Under the pieces are notes generated by a model. The model was not told where the DNA came from. It did no database searches and was given only the letters and a program-made list of their open reading frames with translations. This document shows positions 51,531 to 64,000 of a stretch of DNA of 64,000 nucleotides, piece after piece. The stretch's first letter is position 1. The number at the start of each line of letters is the position of its first letter. Made by a program: the position numbers and the translations under genes. Source of the stretch: Balanoglossus misakiensis (Eukaryota; Animalia; Hemichordata); the NCBI GenBank assembly GCA_040954595.2, contig CM082597.2, positions 7,155,849-7,219,848 on the forward strand, written 5' to 3'.

Positions 51531-54500
51531 ATGAAGGAAACACGATTTATCAGTGCACCAACATTTGTCGCCATTATTGTATTCGTATATCCAGTCTCGT
51601 GTGCAGGTAAGAAATCGGGTAATCGCATACTATTGAACGTGTTTTCATGGGAAAGAGATGCAGAGAGAGACAGAGAGAGGCAGAAAGAGAGTGAGAGACA
51701 GACAGACAGACAAGCAGACAGACAGACAGACAGACAGACAGACGCTGCTTCTACTGCCAGAAGGCCTGTAATACAGCATTCAAGTATAACACCACTAAAA
51801 TGTGGTTTCGATATTATTCACAATATACATCAAAATGTTGACGATAACACAAGATAATTTTTCGGGTTTCCCTTTATGTAGCTCTAGAGCAACCATCCTG
51901 GGAGGTTGAACCAGTGGACACAATTGTCAAGGAAGGAGAAGAATTGTTGCTAAAGTGTTCTGTAAAGTCTACCTCGACACAACTTCCTGGTTGGAGCAAG
52001 ATGCACAATAACGGTAGTGATACCAAGATTGTACAAAACGGCATTTCCTACAGAGAATGTTGTAGTGTCGTAGGTGACAGATCAAAAGGGGAAGTCAACT
52101 TGCTCGTCCACAATGCCTCAAAGCAACGTCAGGGGGAATATTTATGTACATATCCTAATCTACCGAACCTTGTGGCTGAAGTTGCTTTCATTGGTAAGGT
52201 TTTGCCGTTCTACTCGGTTTGGTCTTAACGCGTAGCATAGAACACTTCACTGAATCCTATTCAGACCGGATAATACATATTATTACATATGTACCGTCGA
52301 TTACTTGCACCGAGCGCGCGCGTAACATCGGTATTTGCATATAGTGCAATACCAAAAGCATTATGCCATACCTGTATGCAAATGAGTTTGTTACCGGAAC
52401 TACGTTTTGGTTGTAAATAGCTCTGGACTTATGCGCTGTTTGGGTCTACGCTGCTCTCCGTCCCCACAGCTATGGAGCCATCCGTAGGAAACACCGTTGG
52501 GGTGCGGAGCAAAATGATTCGTACCGATTTTCAAACAATAAACTACATGAACATGTACATAATGTTGTCAGAAATAAAGATCGAACGAAAATTTCACAAA
52601 TGGGAACCTACTTGACGTGTTTGTTTCATTTAAGTCATGTGATCGACACGTGTTTTACTCGGCGTGTTTGTATGGGAGGGTCACCAGTTTTACGGCGCTG
52701 CGTTAACGACGTTTACGATTCGGCGACAAACACGTCAAGTAGGTTCCCATTTGTGAGATTTTCGTTCGATCTTTATTTCTGACAACATTATGTACATGTT
52801 CATGTAGTTTATTGTTTGAAAATCGGTGCGAATCATTTTGCTCCGCACCCCAACGGTGTTTCCTACGGATGGCTCCATAGCTGTGGGGACGGAGAGCAGC
52901 GTAGACCCAAACAGCGCATAGGTCCAGAGCTAGGTTGTAAACAAATCGTCTACCTCACAAATCGGTCAACCCTGGCGTGGTCTAGCTGCAATCGTTGACT
53001 GTTTCAATGGGTTTAGCTTTACGCAAAGGAAAGTTACACGGACAAAAACTAAATAGCTGTTATTGGCGGGACATAAATTTATTTTTTATTTCAATGTGAA
53101 CGAGGAAACACCAGCACAACCGCATCGCATCATCGTCGCATCAGACGCCCACGTCCGGCGTTGCTTTGTCAATATAAAAGAACCGTCCCAGGCCACGCAT
53201 TGACCGATTCGGACGATGAATAGCTCGTGAAATATTATTTCGGGACTTCCGTGTGGTGACGTTTTTAATAGTTTTGAACGTTTTGCTTGTATGTGACACT
53301 GGGCATTCTTGAGACGTTACGATTTCATCGTCTGACACTCGCAGTTTCGTGTTTGTACTAGCCTAATGCCATCATCTCGTCAAAATCGCGATCGTTCAGG
53401 TTGGTTTGTTCATGCGAAGGACGGCACCTAGAGTAGATTTTTTACAATTCGTGCCTTAGGTACCGTACGTGGGGTTTAAATTTTCCGATTTTTCACAGTA
53501 TACATGTATTTATCTTGTATTATCGTTTAATTCCACCGCCACAGCGATTTATACATTTCCAGATGCCGCAGTACTTGTTGTATGACCCCGGCCTGTGACC
53601 CGTAAATAAGTAAACAACATTGTCCAATCAAAGATGGGGGTGTGGATTTACTGGCCAATGAAAATTATGATGACGTAATCGTACTGTGGCCTGTTCACGA
53701 AACAAGCAATATCATTCCGCGGTCTCATTTCTTTAATTTTCGGTCTTTTTTTCAAAATGGGATGAACATATGTAATAATAACAGAACCCCATGGCTCGAT
53801 CGTGCAAGCACGGCGTACCAGTAGTATTTGCACTCGTGCTGGCGGTGTATTCTTGCTGCTCGGGCTGGACGGGCGCAAGAATACACCGCCAGACACTCGA
53901 TGCAAATACTACCGTTACGCCGTGCTTGCACGATCGAGCCATGGGGTTCTGTCATAATCTTCCAGGTATTGATGAACCAGAATGCTCTAGGATTTCCGGT
54001 TTGGGACCAAACGACGAAGTGGTTGTCGGAAGTACAATTTCCTTGCGATGCCATGTTTCGACAAAAGGTGAACTTGTGTGGAATCAAAATGAACAAGAAA
54101 TCAAACGTGGGAATGGAAGTCAATTACATTACGAGATCACGATATCCAAAGATGTTCATGGGATTCCCTTTAGTTGCAGCCTGGTGCATCGTGACAGTGC
54201 TGGATCACCTTGGACTTGTTCAAACCCTATAGTACCAAATGTACAATGTATGTAAAGTAAATGCTATTTTATATAAATGAATGCAGTATAATTCTCACCT
54301 CTAGGGCTTAATTTATTTCCATTCTTTTTAAGTTGCCAGTAATTTACGTTGACTGTTAGTTTAATTATATATATGCATCATGTAATACTCCAGTTTGTTA
54401 AAGTTTTTGTTGTTAAGACACCTAGATGACTACAAATTTTCAATACATTCAACCAATTGAAAGTAAATGACACATTCTTGGTCTTAACATAAATATTTTA

Positions 54501-57491
54501 AATAATTTAGATCCACCGACTGCATCATATCCATCTTCAATGTGTGTTAAGAAAGGCGAAGACGTCATAATTCCTTGTGAATTTACACCAGGCAATCCGC
54601 CGAAGACATCGATTACGTGGAAACGAAGACGTAGTGAAAGCCCAGAGTTTGGAAACCCATTAGTTATCAGGAACATACATCCAGGACCTAACAACTTCCA
54701 TAGCTACACATGCACTGTAAGCAACGTGTACTATGATGGCAGAACGGGAATTGGTACTAGCTATACTACGATTTATGTTCAGTGTAAGTTTTTAGAGGTG
54801 AAATTAGCATAGACGTGATGGTTTAATATTTGTGTATTATCGCATATCCCAAATCAGGCCCCCAAGTAACCCTGTTGGTAAACCTCTCACATTCACACAG
54901 AATCATGCTAGGTCCATCCACGCATCAAGGTCATATCTGGCAATTTCTAGACTAATATTCACGATGTTAAAGCTGGTCACACTCACAAAGATTTAAACCT
55001 GGATACAACTATTGCTTTTTAAAGTAACTGAAGGTTCCAGACAACAAACTAGACAGCTATATCTTTTACTTTTCATATAGGCCGTATTTAAATCCTGTGT
55101 GGCCCTTTGACGCTCTCCGCCGTACACCGTATTGCATCTTAACAACCGATGAACCAACATAAATTCTTGCCAAATTGATTCACAAATGCACTCGTATTCT
55201 TATTATTTTCAAACCTTATCTGACGGGGATCCTGAGGATTTTGACGCACGTCTCCAGTGCAAAGTTGACCCTATACAATACATGTACGTCGATCATAAAT
55301 AACATGGGTATGTGGGCCGTATCATTAGCGAAATATTGTCTGATGTCATTTCATCAATAAGATTGTATTGTCTTGTTCTTTCCATAGCCAATCCAAAAGT
55401 GGTCACACCAGTGGTACACAAAGTAAAAGAGGGCTTTGACGCAAGTCTTCAATGTAATGTGTCTGCTATCCCGGCTGCCGATGAAATAAAATGGATATCT
55501 CCTCTCGGAACAGTGACATACGACAAAATGTTAACAATTCGAAACGTACAAAGAAGAGATGCTGGTTTTTACAACTGCACAGCCAGGAACACTTTTTGCA
55601 ACGATATAGGAGGCTATGGATATGGATCAAATGTGACATATGTAGATATACTGTGTAAGTTTGGCAAACTTTCAATTCCTCGTGATTCTTCTGATTCTAG
55701 AAAGTAAAGTTGATAAACTGCGTTATGCTCTTATTTTGTTTTGATTGAACTTTTGTAATCGATCTCTTGGAATATAAAACTTAAGCAAATACATCAACCA
55801 TGTCCCTATATAAACAAAGTCTTATCATATCTGTGCCTTTTGACAGTTAAACCAGATCACGTCTCTTTAACTGGTGGTCATCCTGTGAAGTTTGGGGAAC
55901 ATCTCACCCTGACGTGTACAACAAGTAAAAGCAATCCAGAAGCGTCAATAAGATGGTATAAGAATGGCTTGCATATAGATGGGGCGGATGATAGTATGAA
56001 CCTCACTACAGTTATCGAAGAGAGAAGTGGTTCCAAGGGATTTATATCAAAGCAGCACTTACGGATCAGAGTTAAACCAGAGGACAATTCAATGAAAATG
56101 AAATGCTCGGCTCGGAATCCAAAGTTCACTGAGGACGAAGTATTCTCCGATGAAGTTTCTGTTTCATGTTACTGTATGTAAACACATACTCACTTGATTT
56201 GATGGTTAATGATCTAGTTTAATTTCCCAATGGTCGTATTTACCGCACAACATTTTACTGTGCTAATTTTAAGGAAAGAAAGGAAACATGAGTGAAAAAC
56301 TGCTACCCTCAATGTTAATTACAGTCCAAATATAACTTAATTGAATATGGAACCGTTTGAAGGTTGATATATGATGAAACAGTAGTAGCAATAATTTAGT
56401 CGTGTTTTCATTTATTACCAGAAAAGGTAATACTTTTCGATTGGTAGCCAACATTTTATTACAATATTTTGAAGAACAGCATATCTTTCCAATGCTATAA
56501 TTTATCGGTTTACCTTACAAATATTCGTTTCCTTTTTTTATTTTTATTTTGTCTACAGTTCCACCGAGTTATCCAACAAATTGCACAACTGAGTTAAAGA
56601 TTTACCCGTCCAGAAATGCAAACATTTTCATGACTGGTTCGTCTGTGACTTTAAAGTGTGTGTCATGCAGCAGTAATCCAGCTGTAAATTTAACCTGGTA
56701 CCTCGGAAAGACAGAAATAGTTCCCACAAACGATCCCGAATTCCACACAGGAGAATTCAGTGGAACAGTCACTGTACAGAATCGCAAACTGGACCTGTCA
56801 TATAAGCATCACGGAGCCACAGTTTATTGTAATGCAGTAAGCCAATACTTCCCAGAGCTCGTGTTTCCTTCGGAGCCACTGTTGCTTCATGTCCAGTGTA
56901 AGTGCAATATTCTACGTCATTCAAATTGTGAACTTGTAGTATCTTGCGTTTTCATCCGAATGTACATTGAGTGTTCGATAAATTCTTTATTTCAGTACTA
57001 TTGGCCTCCGGCCATTAAGTACAAACATTAGCGATATATTGTGAGGATCGCATTGTATACAACAGTACAAACACTGGATTAATGTACATTGAATTAAATT
57101 ACGTACGTGCAAATGGTATATAAGATCACATTTCTTGTGTTATCATTTAGATTCACCAATTTTACTGAATCAACAAGAAACCAGAAAAGTAGCAGCGAAT
57201 TTAGACGAGAGTGCAAAGTTGACTTGCCAGGTCGATAGCAACCCTCCTTCAGCAATAAAATGGTTCCACCAAGACGGAAACGAGACAATATACCTCAGCG
57301 AACACCATTTCCAAGATGTGTTATCTGATACTGTCATCCACAGCACGCTACAAATACAACATGTACGCAAACAGGACTATGGCTTTTATTGCTGTCACGC
57401 TGTAAATGACGTTGGATTTATAAACGTTACCATCTCTCTGCTTGCAAAGAGTAAGTGTATGTGTGTATGTATGTATGTATGTATGTATGTA

Positions 57492-57573
<82 letters not shown>

Positions 57574-58052
57574 CGTGTGTGTTTTCCGTAAGGCTTAAAA
57601 CCATAAGCTTATTTTTAATTTGATTTCAAATCTGATTGTTTATGTCGTCAATTTATTTCTAGTAATCGAAAAGGCATTTGCTGTAAATCTGTATTTTTCT
57701 GTTTTATAGCTGTTCCAGAAAAAGCATCAGGTGTGAACACTGCAACTACAACAGACTCCATCTTGGTTTATTGGACACCCGGTTTTAATGGTGGGGACCC
57801 ACAATCATTCTATGTGGAATGTGTTAACATTTTCACTGGCGAAGATCTTGTGATAAAGGCAACTAGCGAGAGGCAGCAAGTCATCGGAAACCTTGATGCA
57901 GGGACGACGTACAACATAACAATAATAAGCAAAAACAGATTTGGAGAAACACGAAGTGAGACGACCGCCGTTACAACATCAGGTATTCAAACTTCCTGTT
58001 TTTCTGTTTTTGTGTGTGTGTGTGTGTGTGTGTCTGTGTGTGTCTGTCTGTC

Positions 58053-58100
<48 letters not shown>

Positions 58101-61100
58101 CCTGTCTGTATGTATGTACGTATGTATGTATGTGTGTATGTAGGTACTGAAGAACTTAGGGAGCCGTCATTATTTATGGCCTGGGGGGGGGTCGGAGGAA
58201 TCAAGGGGGGGGGTTACTCAAAAATTGGAAGGCTGCAAGGGGGGGTTTCTCAAAAATTGTAGATGAAGAGGGGGGGGTCACTCATTTTTGGGAAATGTAT
58301 CAAAGTTTTTCAACTGAAAGATTTAGTTGTGTGCTGTGCAAGTGCTGCAGCGCTCCGCGACCTCTGGTCGCGGAACACCAGAGTGTCCACACTGCACTAT
58401 CAAAGTATTTTTCCCAAAATTTGCTGATAAAGGATTGGCATGCTTGCCTGATCATGCATAAAAAACATTACTCCTTATTATATCAACAAAGTTTGATAAT
58501 CATTTTGACTTTTAACGATGCCTGTCCAAATTACACAATGCTACTTGATGGTTACTGGTTATGGGTGAGCTTTTACGGTAATCATTATTTAGTTGTGACT
58601 TTGAGATTGTTTTGTTGTTTCACCCTTTTCAATCCATCATGATGCAACTGATGATCACCTACAATGTAGCAGGGTGAACCTGGAGTTGAAAGGTCTTTTA
58701 CTACACTACTGTAATAGTGATTTTTATAATATACCTCATGCTAATACTGTGTCGTGATTCGCCAGAATCCGTCACGTGATAGGAAAATAGAATCGACTAT
58801 GAACCGCTAGGAAATAGCAGAAAAAATATAAACCGGTCACGTGACCAGCGTGAGTGCGCAAACTCGGTCACGTCCATCAGCGTCGCTTCGTCTGACACAA
58901 TGGCCACCGCGGAAGATGTCGTCTGCCAACCTCAAGAGAAAATTGCCAGATTTTCCCAGCTGTTAGCATGAGGTTTATTATAAAACACCTATAGCCTGGC
59001 CTATATTCGGGCCATAGCAGCCGTTTTTACCCCCTCGTGACTGTGAGTTACCAGAATCATATGCTATTTGCCTCGGCCTGCGGCCTCGGGAAATAGCATA
59101 TGATTCTGGTAACTCACAGCCCCTCGGGTGTAATAAACGGCCGCTATGGCCCTCATGGCCAGGCAATAGGTGTTCAATACAGATACATGTATTGATATGT
59201 AGTTGTTCCGGTTTTAGGGGGGGGGCAGTCGAAATTTCTGTGTTGGAAGGGGGGGGGGGGGTTTCTCAAAATCTGCATGCTTGGCAGGGGGGGTTTCTCA
59301 AAATCTGCATGCTTGGCAGGGGGGGTTTCTCAAAATTTTGGAGTTTCTAGTGTAATTCCTCCGACCCCCCCCCCCCCAGGCCGTAAATAATGACGGCTCC
59401 CTTAATTGAAGAACTTTAATGAATTATATTACAGGTGGAAGAAATGAAACAGTGACTGTCATTATCAACGATATTCCCGTTCAACTTGTCATTTATGTTT
59501 CATTTGGATGTTTCACTGGTGCAGTTGTACTAGTGCTATCGATAATTCTTATCAAGATAGCCAAAGCGAAATTTGCAGGCAAGCTAAATTAATTGATTAT
59601 GCGTTTTTTACAGTCAGCTATCCATTTACAGTGTCATGGACACGGGATTAACGTGTGGATACGTTTGAGATATAATTTTTAGTGCTGACTACAATAAAAT
59701 TACTGAACTATCGATTTGTGATGCTCTTGTATGGATTGTGAATTGTGTCATGACAACGGGGCGTTAGGCTTGTTTCAGATAGTAGAACTACACAAAACAT
59801 ATCAAAAATAGATTAATACCGAAAATAATGTCAGAAGTTTGCAACTTTGTCACTTTAACTTGTCACTTTATTTAACTGCAGATATGTTCTTGACAGATAA
59901 GTGAATGACTCATGTATTACCCTGTATTATCCAAATACTCGCTCTGTGATTTGTTTACAGGAACACATTTATCTCATCAACACAGCTATGAGTCCATCAA
60001 TGCAGGTACGCTATGTATTAATCGTTGCTGATATAATGAAGTGTTAGGTTGAAATTAATTAAATGTTACTGTTGATGTTACTTATATTCTAAAAATTAAA
60101 ATAATAAATTTGGGGTAAAACGTATATATTCCATCTAAAATTTACATAATTATGCTACACTCCACCGATTACCTCACGGAATCAGAGCTGTAATGTTCAT
60201 TTACAGTACAAATGAGTAAACAAATTATTTTTTGTCTTCTCATTGGTTAGCACCATCTGCACAGTTACGTCGATCAGGACTCAGCAGAGATCTGCGCAAT
60301 CAGAATGATGACGATGTACGGGTATCAGGCGATTTTGAAATGATCCCATTGAGGAACGTAGATCAAGCTGTTGCAAACGAAGAACTGCCGTCGTCAGCTG
60401 ATGAATCTGATGTAGATTCTGACAAAGTATTATATTTTGGTTGTCTCCATTGTTGTGTGCATGTCACATTTCTGGTCATTTAGACTGGGTGCATGGACGT
60501 ATGTGTGTATGTGTATGTATGTGTGTGTGTATGTGTGTGTGTGTATGTATGTATGTATGTATGTATGCATGTATGCATACATGCATACATGCATGCATTC
60601 ACACACATACACATACGTACACATACACACGTACACACATACACACATACAGACACATACATACATACATACATACATACATACATACATACATACATAC
60701 ATACATACATACATACATACATACATACATACATACATACATACATACATACATACATACATACATACATGCAAGCATGCGTGTATGTATGTATGTGTGT
60801 ATGTGTGTAAGTTTGTGCGTGTGTATTTTATTAATGTCCTCTTATGTTATTGTTTTTTTTATTTATCATGTATCCGTATATCCGTTGTCTTGGTAGTCCC
60901 GGCGTAATTATATGATGTTAAAAGACATCAAGAAATCATCAATTGAAACGTATATGAAACTAGGCAACTATGCCTTCGAATTTCCACGTGACCGGCTGCA
61001 TATTACAAAAGTCATATCCACTGGTAAGCGCCACAAGATTGTCAAGTCGCACGCTTGGTTTATAGACGGTAAAGACGGACAAAGTGAAGTCGCTATCAAA

Positions 61101-63365
61101 ATGATTAATGGTAAGGATATCAGCGAAATTGAGAGTGTTCATTCATAACTGTTTTTGTCTTAATTATTTGACTTTTAATTTGAACCTAATTTTTGAAATT
61201 CATTTGTCTCATGATTTCACAGATTCCATCACCCGCGGTAGAAACCATGAATACTTATCGAATGAATTGAAATTACTGAAGGGAATTCAAGTGCACGACA
61301 ATATTACCAGACTGATTGGATACTGTAGTCTGGAAGGTGAGAATGGGCAATAGTTTGTAATTTTCAGCGCGACTTAGGCCATGTGTCATTGACCCCCCTT
61401 TGTTAACAAAACCACTGGATGAATCTTGGGAATTCTTATCGACTTCGCGTGCAGAGTGCTTCAGCCATATCTCATTTCTTAAACACAGAGACAATGGAAA
61501 ACCACCCATTCAGCATATATTAATACTTATCTTTATGTACAACACACTTCAAAGCCTCATATATCACTAACACTCAATGTGAAAACTACTTTGACATCTT
61601 CAATGTGTCATACGTTTGGGTGACTGTATCAGAGTGTACACTCGCCCCCTGTCTGTGGTTAGAGCACCGCATGTATATTGTATTATCCAGTACCAATGGT
61701 TACTCGTGGATTATGTAATACGAACAAGGTTTTATATTCATATCAGCAGACATGTAAATTGTTGTTAACATTTCACACTGCTCTGTAGTTGTAAGTGTGT
61801 ACTGTTGCCTTTGTCTTGACTGTCTTGTGTCTTAAGTGAACCTTAAAAAGAAAACCAATAATTGCTCCAATCAAATGCAATGGCGAATTTATAATATTAA
61901 ACATGCTTTCCTTATTTCAAAGAACCACTCTACATTATTCTGGAATACACACCTCTTGGAAACCTTCGAAGATATTTGCAAGCCAACCGTCAAACTCTTC
62001 GCCCTATTTGCAATGATCCTGCACGGTCACAACTGCTCAAATTTGCTATTGGCATTGCGAATGGAATGGAGCATCTTGCATCAAACAAGGTACTGTAATC
62101 TACAGGTGGACACCCTAGATATGATGATTGATGATGATGATGGTAATGATGATAATGATCATGATGATAACACTTGTTGCTATCAAAAGATGATAATACC
62201 ATTGTTAAGTTTTCATTATATATTTAGGTTGTCCATCGATATCTAGCAGCCAGAAACATCTTGATGTTTGAAGGAGGAATTTGCAAATTGTCAAATTTTA
62301 GCTATGCAAGTGGGGTCATTGACGATAATTTGTTCTTTGAAATCGGTGAGGTGAGTTGTACATTTATCACCACAGCCAAATCCCAATGTGAAGGTGTGTA
62401 ATAAACTCTCAGCAATATATAATGAAGAGTCACATTTTCCAATATCATGGTTATATGGGATTGGATCAAAAAGCTGGCCATGGTGTAGTAAGGTGATGAT
62501 GGTGGTGGTGGTGGTGGTGTTGATGATGATGATGATGATGGTGATGGTGATGATGATGATGATGGTGATGATAATGATGGTGGTGGTGATGATGATGATG
62601 TCATTGTTTTAAGGATAAATTCCTCTACAAGTGGATGGCAGTGGAGTCACTACTCAAACATCAGGTCACCTCAGCATCTGACGTTTGGTCTTTTGGCGTT
62701 GTGTTGTGGGAGATATTTTCTCTTTGTAAGTACGCTTCCGAATTCTATACTTACACATTTAGTTACAGTTTGACGTGTCTTTTATGTGTGCTCGATTCGA
62801 GTTATAATAAGGTATTGTAAAGCCGTATAAAACTTTTTTGTTCAACTTGAAATATTATTACATCATTTTTATGTATTGTGTACAGGTAAAGTGCCATATA
62901 AACACACGTCGCAGAGTGATCTAATCTCTCTGTTTGAGAAGGGAAATCGAATGATGAAACCTACTAGCTGTGAAGATGAAATGTAAGATTTTCCCCTGCT
63001 CCTGTATTATCGTGTTTGTCAGCTCAAGGAATATGGAATTCGACTATTTTGTGTCCCCATTTTCTAACATGCATATCCAAGTTCGCCATTTACCCATTGT
63101 ACAATCCCCACCATGTAATGTAGCTACATTTGGTTGACATTTTACAATTTGTTATGTGCCAGATGATAAAAATATTAGTATCAATCCTGCTCGTCTACAC
63201 ATTAATGTTAAATGTTAGATTAAACTCATGTGTGTTTTCAATAATTGAATGATTTTGGTTTCTCCCAGATATGAACTGATATTAGCTTGTTGGAAGACAA
63301 GCCCAGAGGCCAGACCTACGTTCTCAGCAATTCATGAACAACTGCAAGATCTCAGCTACAAGTAG
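51531..63365 (+). CDS. Copy D (inverted): 7 Ig + FN3 + TM receptor tyrosine pseudokinase (~1245 aa as modelled)
   Basis: Exons: 51531-51606, 51882-52193 (IgV), 53966-54247, 54511-54783, 55388-55654, 55847-56173, 56559-56897, 57151-57450, 57710-57982 (FN3), 59435-59578 (TM, GC donor), 59961-60005, 60251-60426, 60897-61110, 61223-61336, 61923-62089, 62228-62350 ([25 protein letters not shown]), 62614-62725, 62886-62982, 63269-63365 (TAG). Sum 3738 nt, in frame. Confidence 0.9.
52278..53958. mobile_element. a-a'-b-b' hairpin element 3, replacing most of intron 2 of copy D
   Basis: TATTATTACATATGT (52278) pairs with ACATATGTAATAATA (53766-53780), followed by hairpin 53778-53955 ending 10 nt before the Ig2 exon. 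Confidence 0.7.
52418..52932. mobile_element. TAG-terminal TIR element with 9-bp TSD (Academ/AcademH-like), nested in the 52278-53958 element
   Basis: ~205-bp near-perfect TIRs TAGCTCTGGAC...GTCCAGAGCTA; GGTTGTAAA at 52409-52417 and 52933-52941. Confidence 0.8.
58159..59401. mobile_element. Non-autonomous PIF/Harbinger-like element (TTA TSD) in intron 9 of copy D
   Basis: ~45-bp TIRs GGGAGCCGTCATTATTTA.GGCCTGG(G)nTCGGAGGAAT; TTA at 58156-58158 and 59402-59404; empty site gaagaac-tta-attgaagaac in copies B and C. Confidence 0.85.
58722..59179. mobile_element. a-a'-b-b' hairpin element 4, nested in the Harbinger-like element
   Basis: TTTTATAATATACCTCATGCTAA (58722) pairs with TTAGCATGAGGTTTATTATAAAA (~58963-58985), followed by a ~200-bp hairpin to 59179. 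Confidence 0.7.
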
Positions 63366-64000
63366 GATGTAAGTCAGTTCTTGTATATAATGATATGTCT
63401 GCCACTGTAAAACTCAACTGCAGGGATAAAATCAGCTTTAAGAGGCAACCTTTTGGAACGTCTGCGGATTATAAAGCCTCTGGTAGGGGTGTGGTTTTGC
63501 TCGATCAGTTTGGTGTGAACTGTGCGATGATTTAGCTTGTTTTAAACATATATGGCTCTAAGTGAATGTGAGTCAAGAGCCAGTGGCATATGCCTTTTAA
63601 AGTTTTTTTTTTCATTGTATTAAAACAGGTTTGATTCACCTGCCATCCACATCAATGGCACCACCAAGTTTGTGTAAAAAACCTCTGGCTGAAACATCGT
63701 TGGAGTTAAGAAAGATGTCTGCTATGTAATACATATGCCAACCACCTGAATGTGGCTTATTGTTTGAAACATTGTATATCTCAGCTGCTACTAATAGCTA
63801 AACATGCGCATGATAAAATGTACTTGAACTCTGGCTTACACTCCTACGTTTTAAAGTTGGAATGCACGGCAGACATACAAGACAGGTTTTTGTGGCCTCG
63901 CAAATGTGTAAAAATAATGTTGATTGAAAGATAATTAATATGTACCAGAAAGAACAATTCTGCTCTCAGTGTCTCAATGTCCATTCACTGGTAAATAACT

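Noticed and set aside
58144-58158. Apparent disruption of the TM exon of copy D by the Harbinger-like element (tag|gtactgaagaac)
   Set aside because: This segment leads to stops in the uninterrupted copies. The true acceptor is at 59434/59435, so the insertion is intronic.
51531-63365. Assignment as PTK7/otk, FGFR, Tie or nephrin orthologue
   Set aside because: PTK7 has an ALG motif and no FN3; FGFR and Tie have active kinases and different ectodomains; nephrin has no kinase. No gene symbol is justified without a phylogeny.

Overview
Intron-rich, AT-rich animal genomic DNA; an invertebrate deuterostome is my inference from gene and repeat style. The window is almost entirely a tandem/inverted cluster of one ~19-exon receptor gene: signal peptide, N-terminal V-type Ig, up to 6 further Ig domains, FN3, TM, YESI motif plus acidic juxtamembrane region, and a tyrosine-kinase-fold domain. 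Copies A (minus strand, runs off the left edge), B and C (minus) are head-to-tail. An orphan promoter/leader fragment E (minus) faces complete copy D (plus) head-to-head. All three visible kinase domains are open but lack catalytic residues (HRD->HRY/IRY, DFG->NFS, no GxGxxG), so they are pseudokinases. The intracellular half is nearly invariant. The V domain varies strongly in CDR-like loops, ectodomain length differs by in-frame exon loss (A lacks Ig6-7, C lacks FN3), and the copies are recombinational mosaics. This is the profile of a diversifying recognition (immune or allorecognition-like) receptor family. Introns and spacers carry copy-specific mobile DNA: a decayed Penelope-like retroelement with hammerhead ribozymes, Helentron/DINE-like elements, a 3-kb foldback element, TAG/9-bp-TSD, TTAA and TTA non-autonomous elements, and four sequence-unrelated elements sharing an a-a'-b-b' hairpin architecture. 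Exon coordinates were read by hand from splice consensus and cross-copy length agreement; no expression data or database searches were available.
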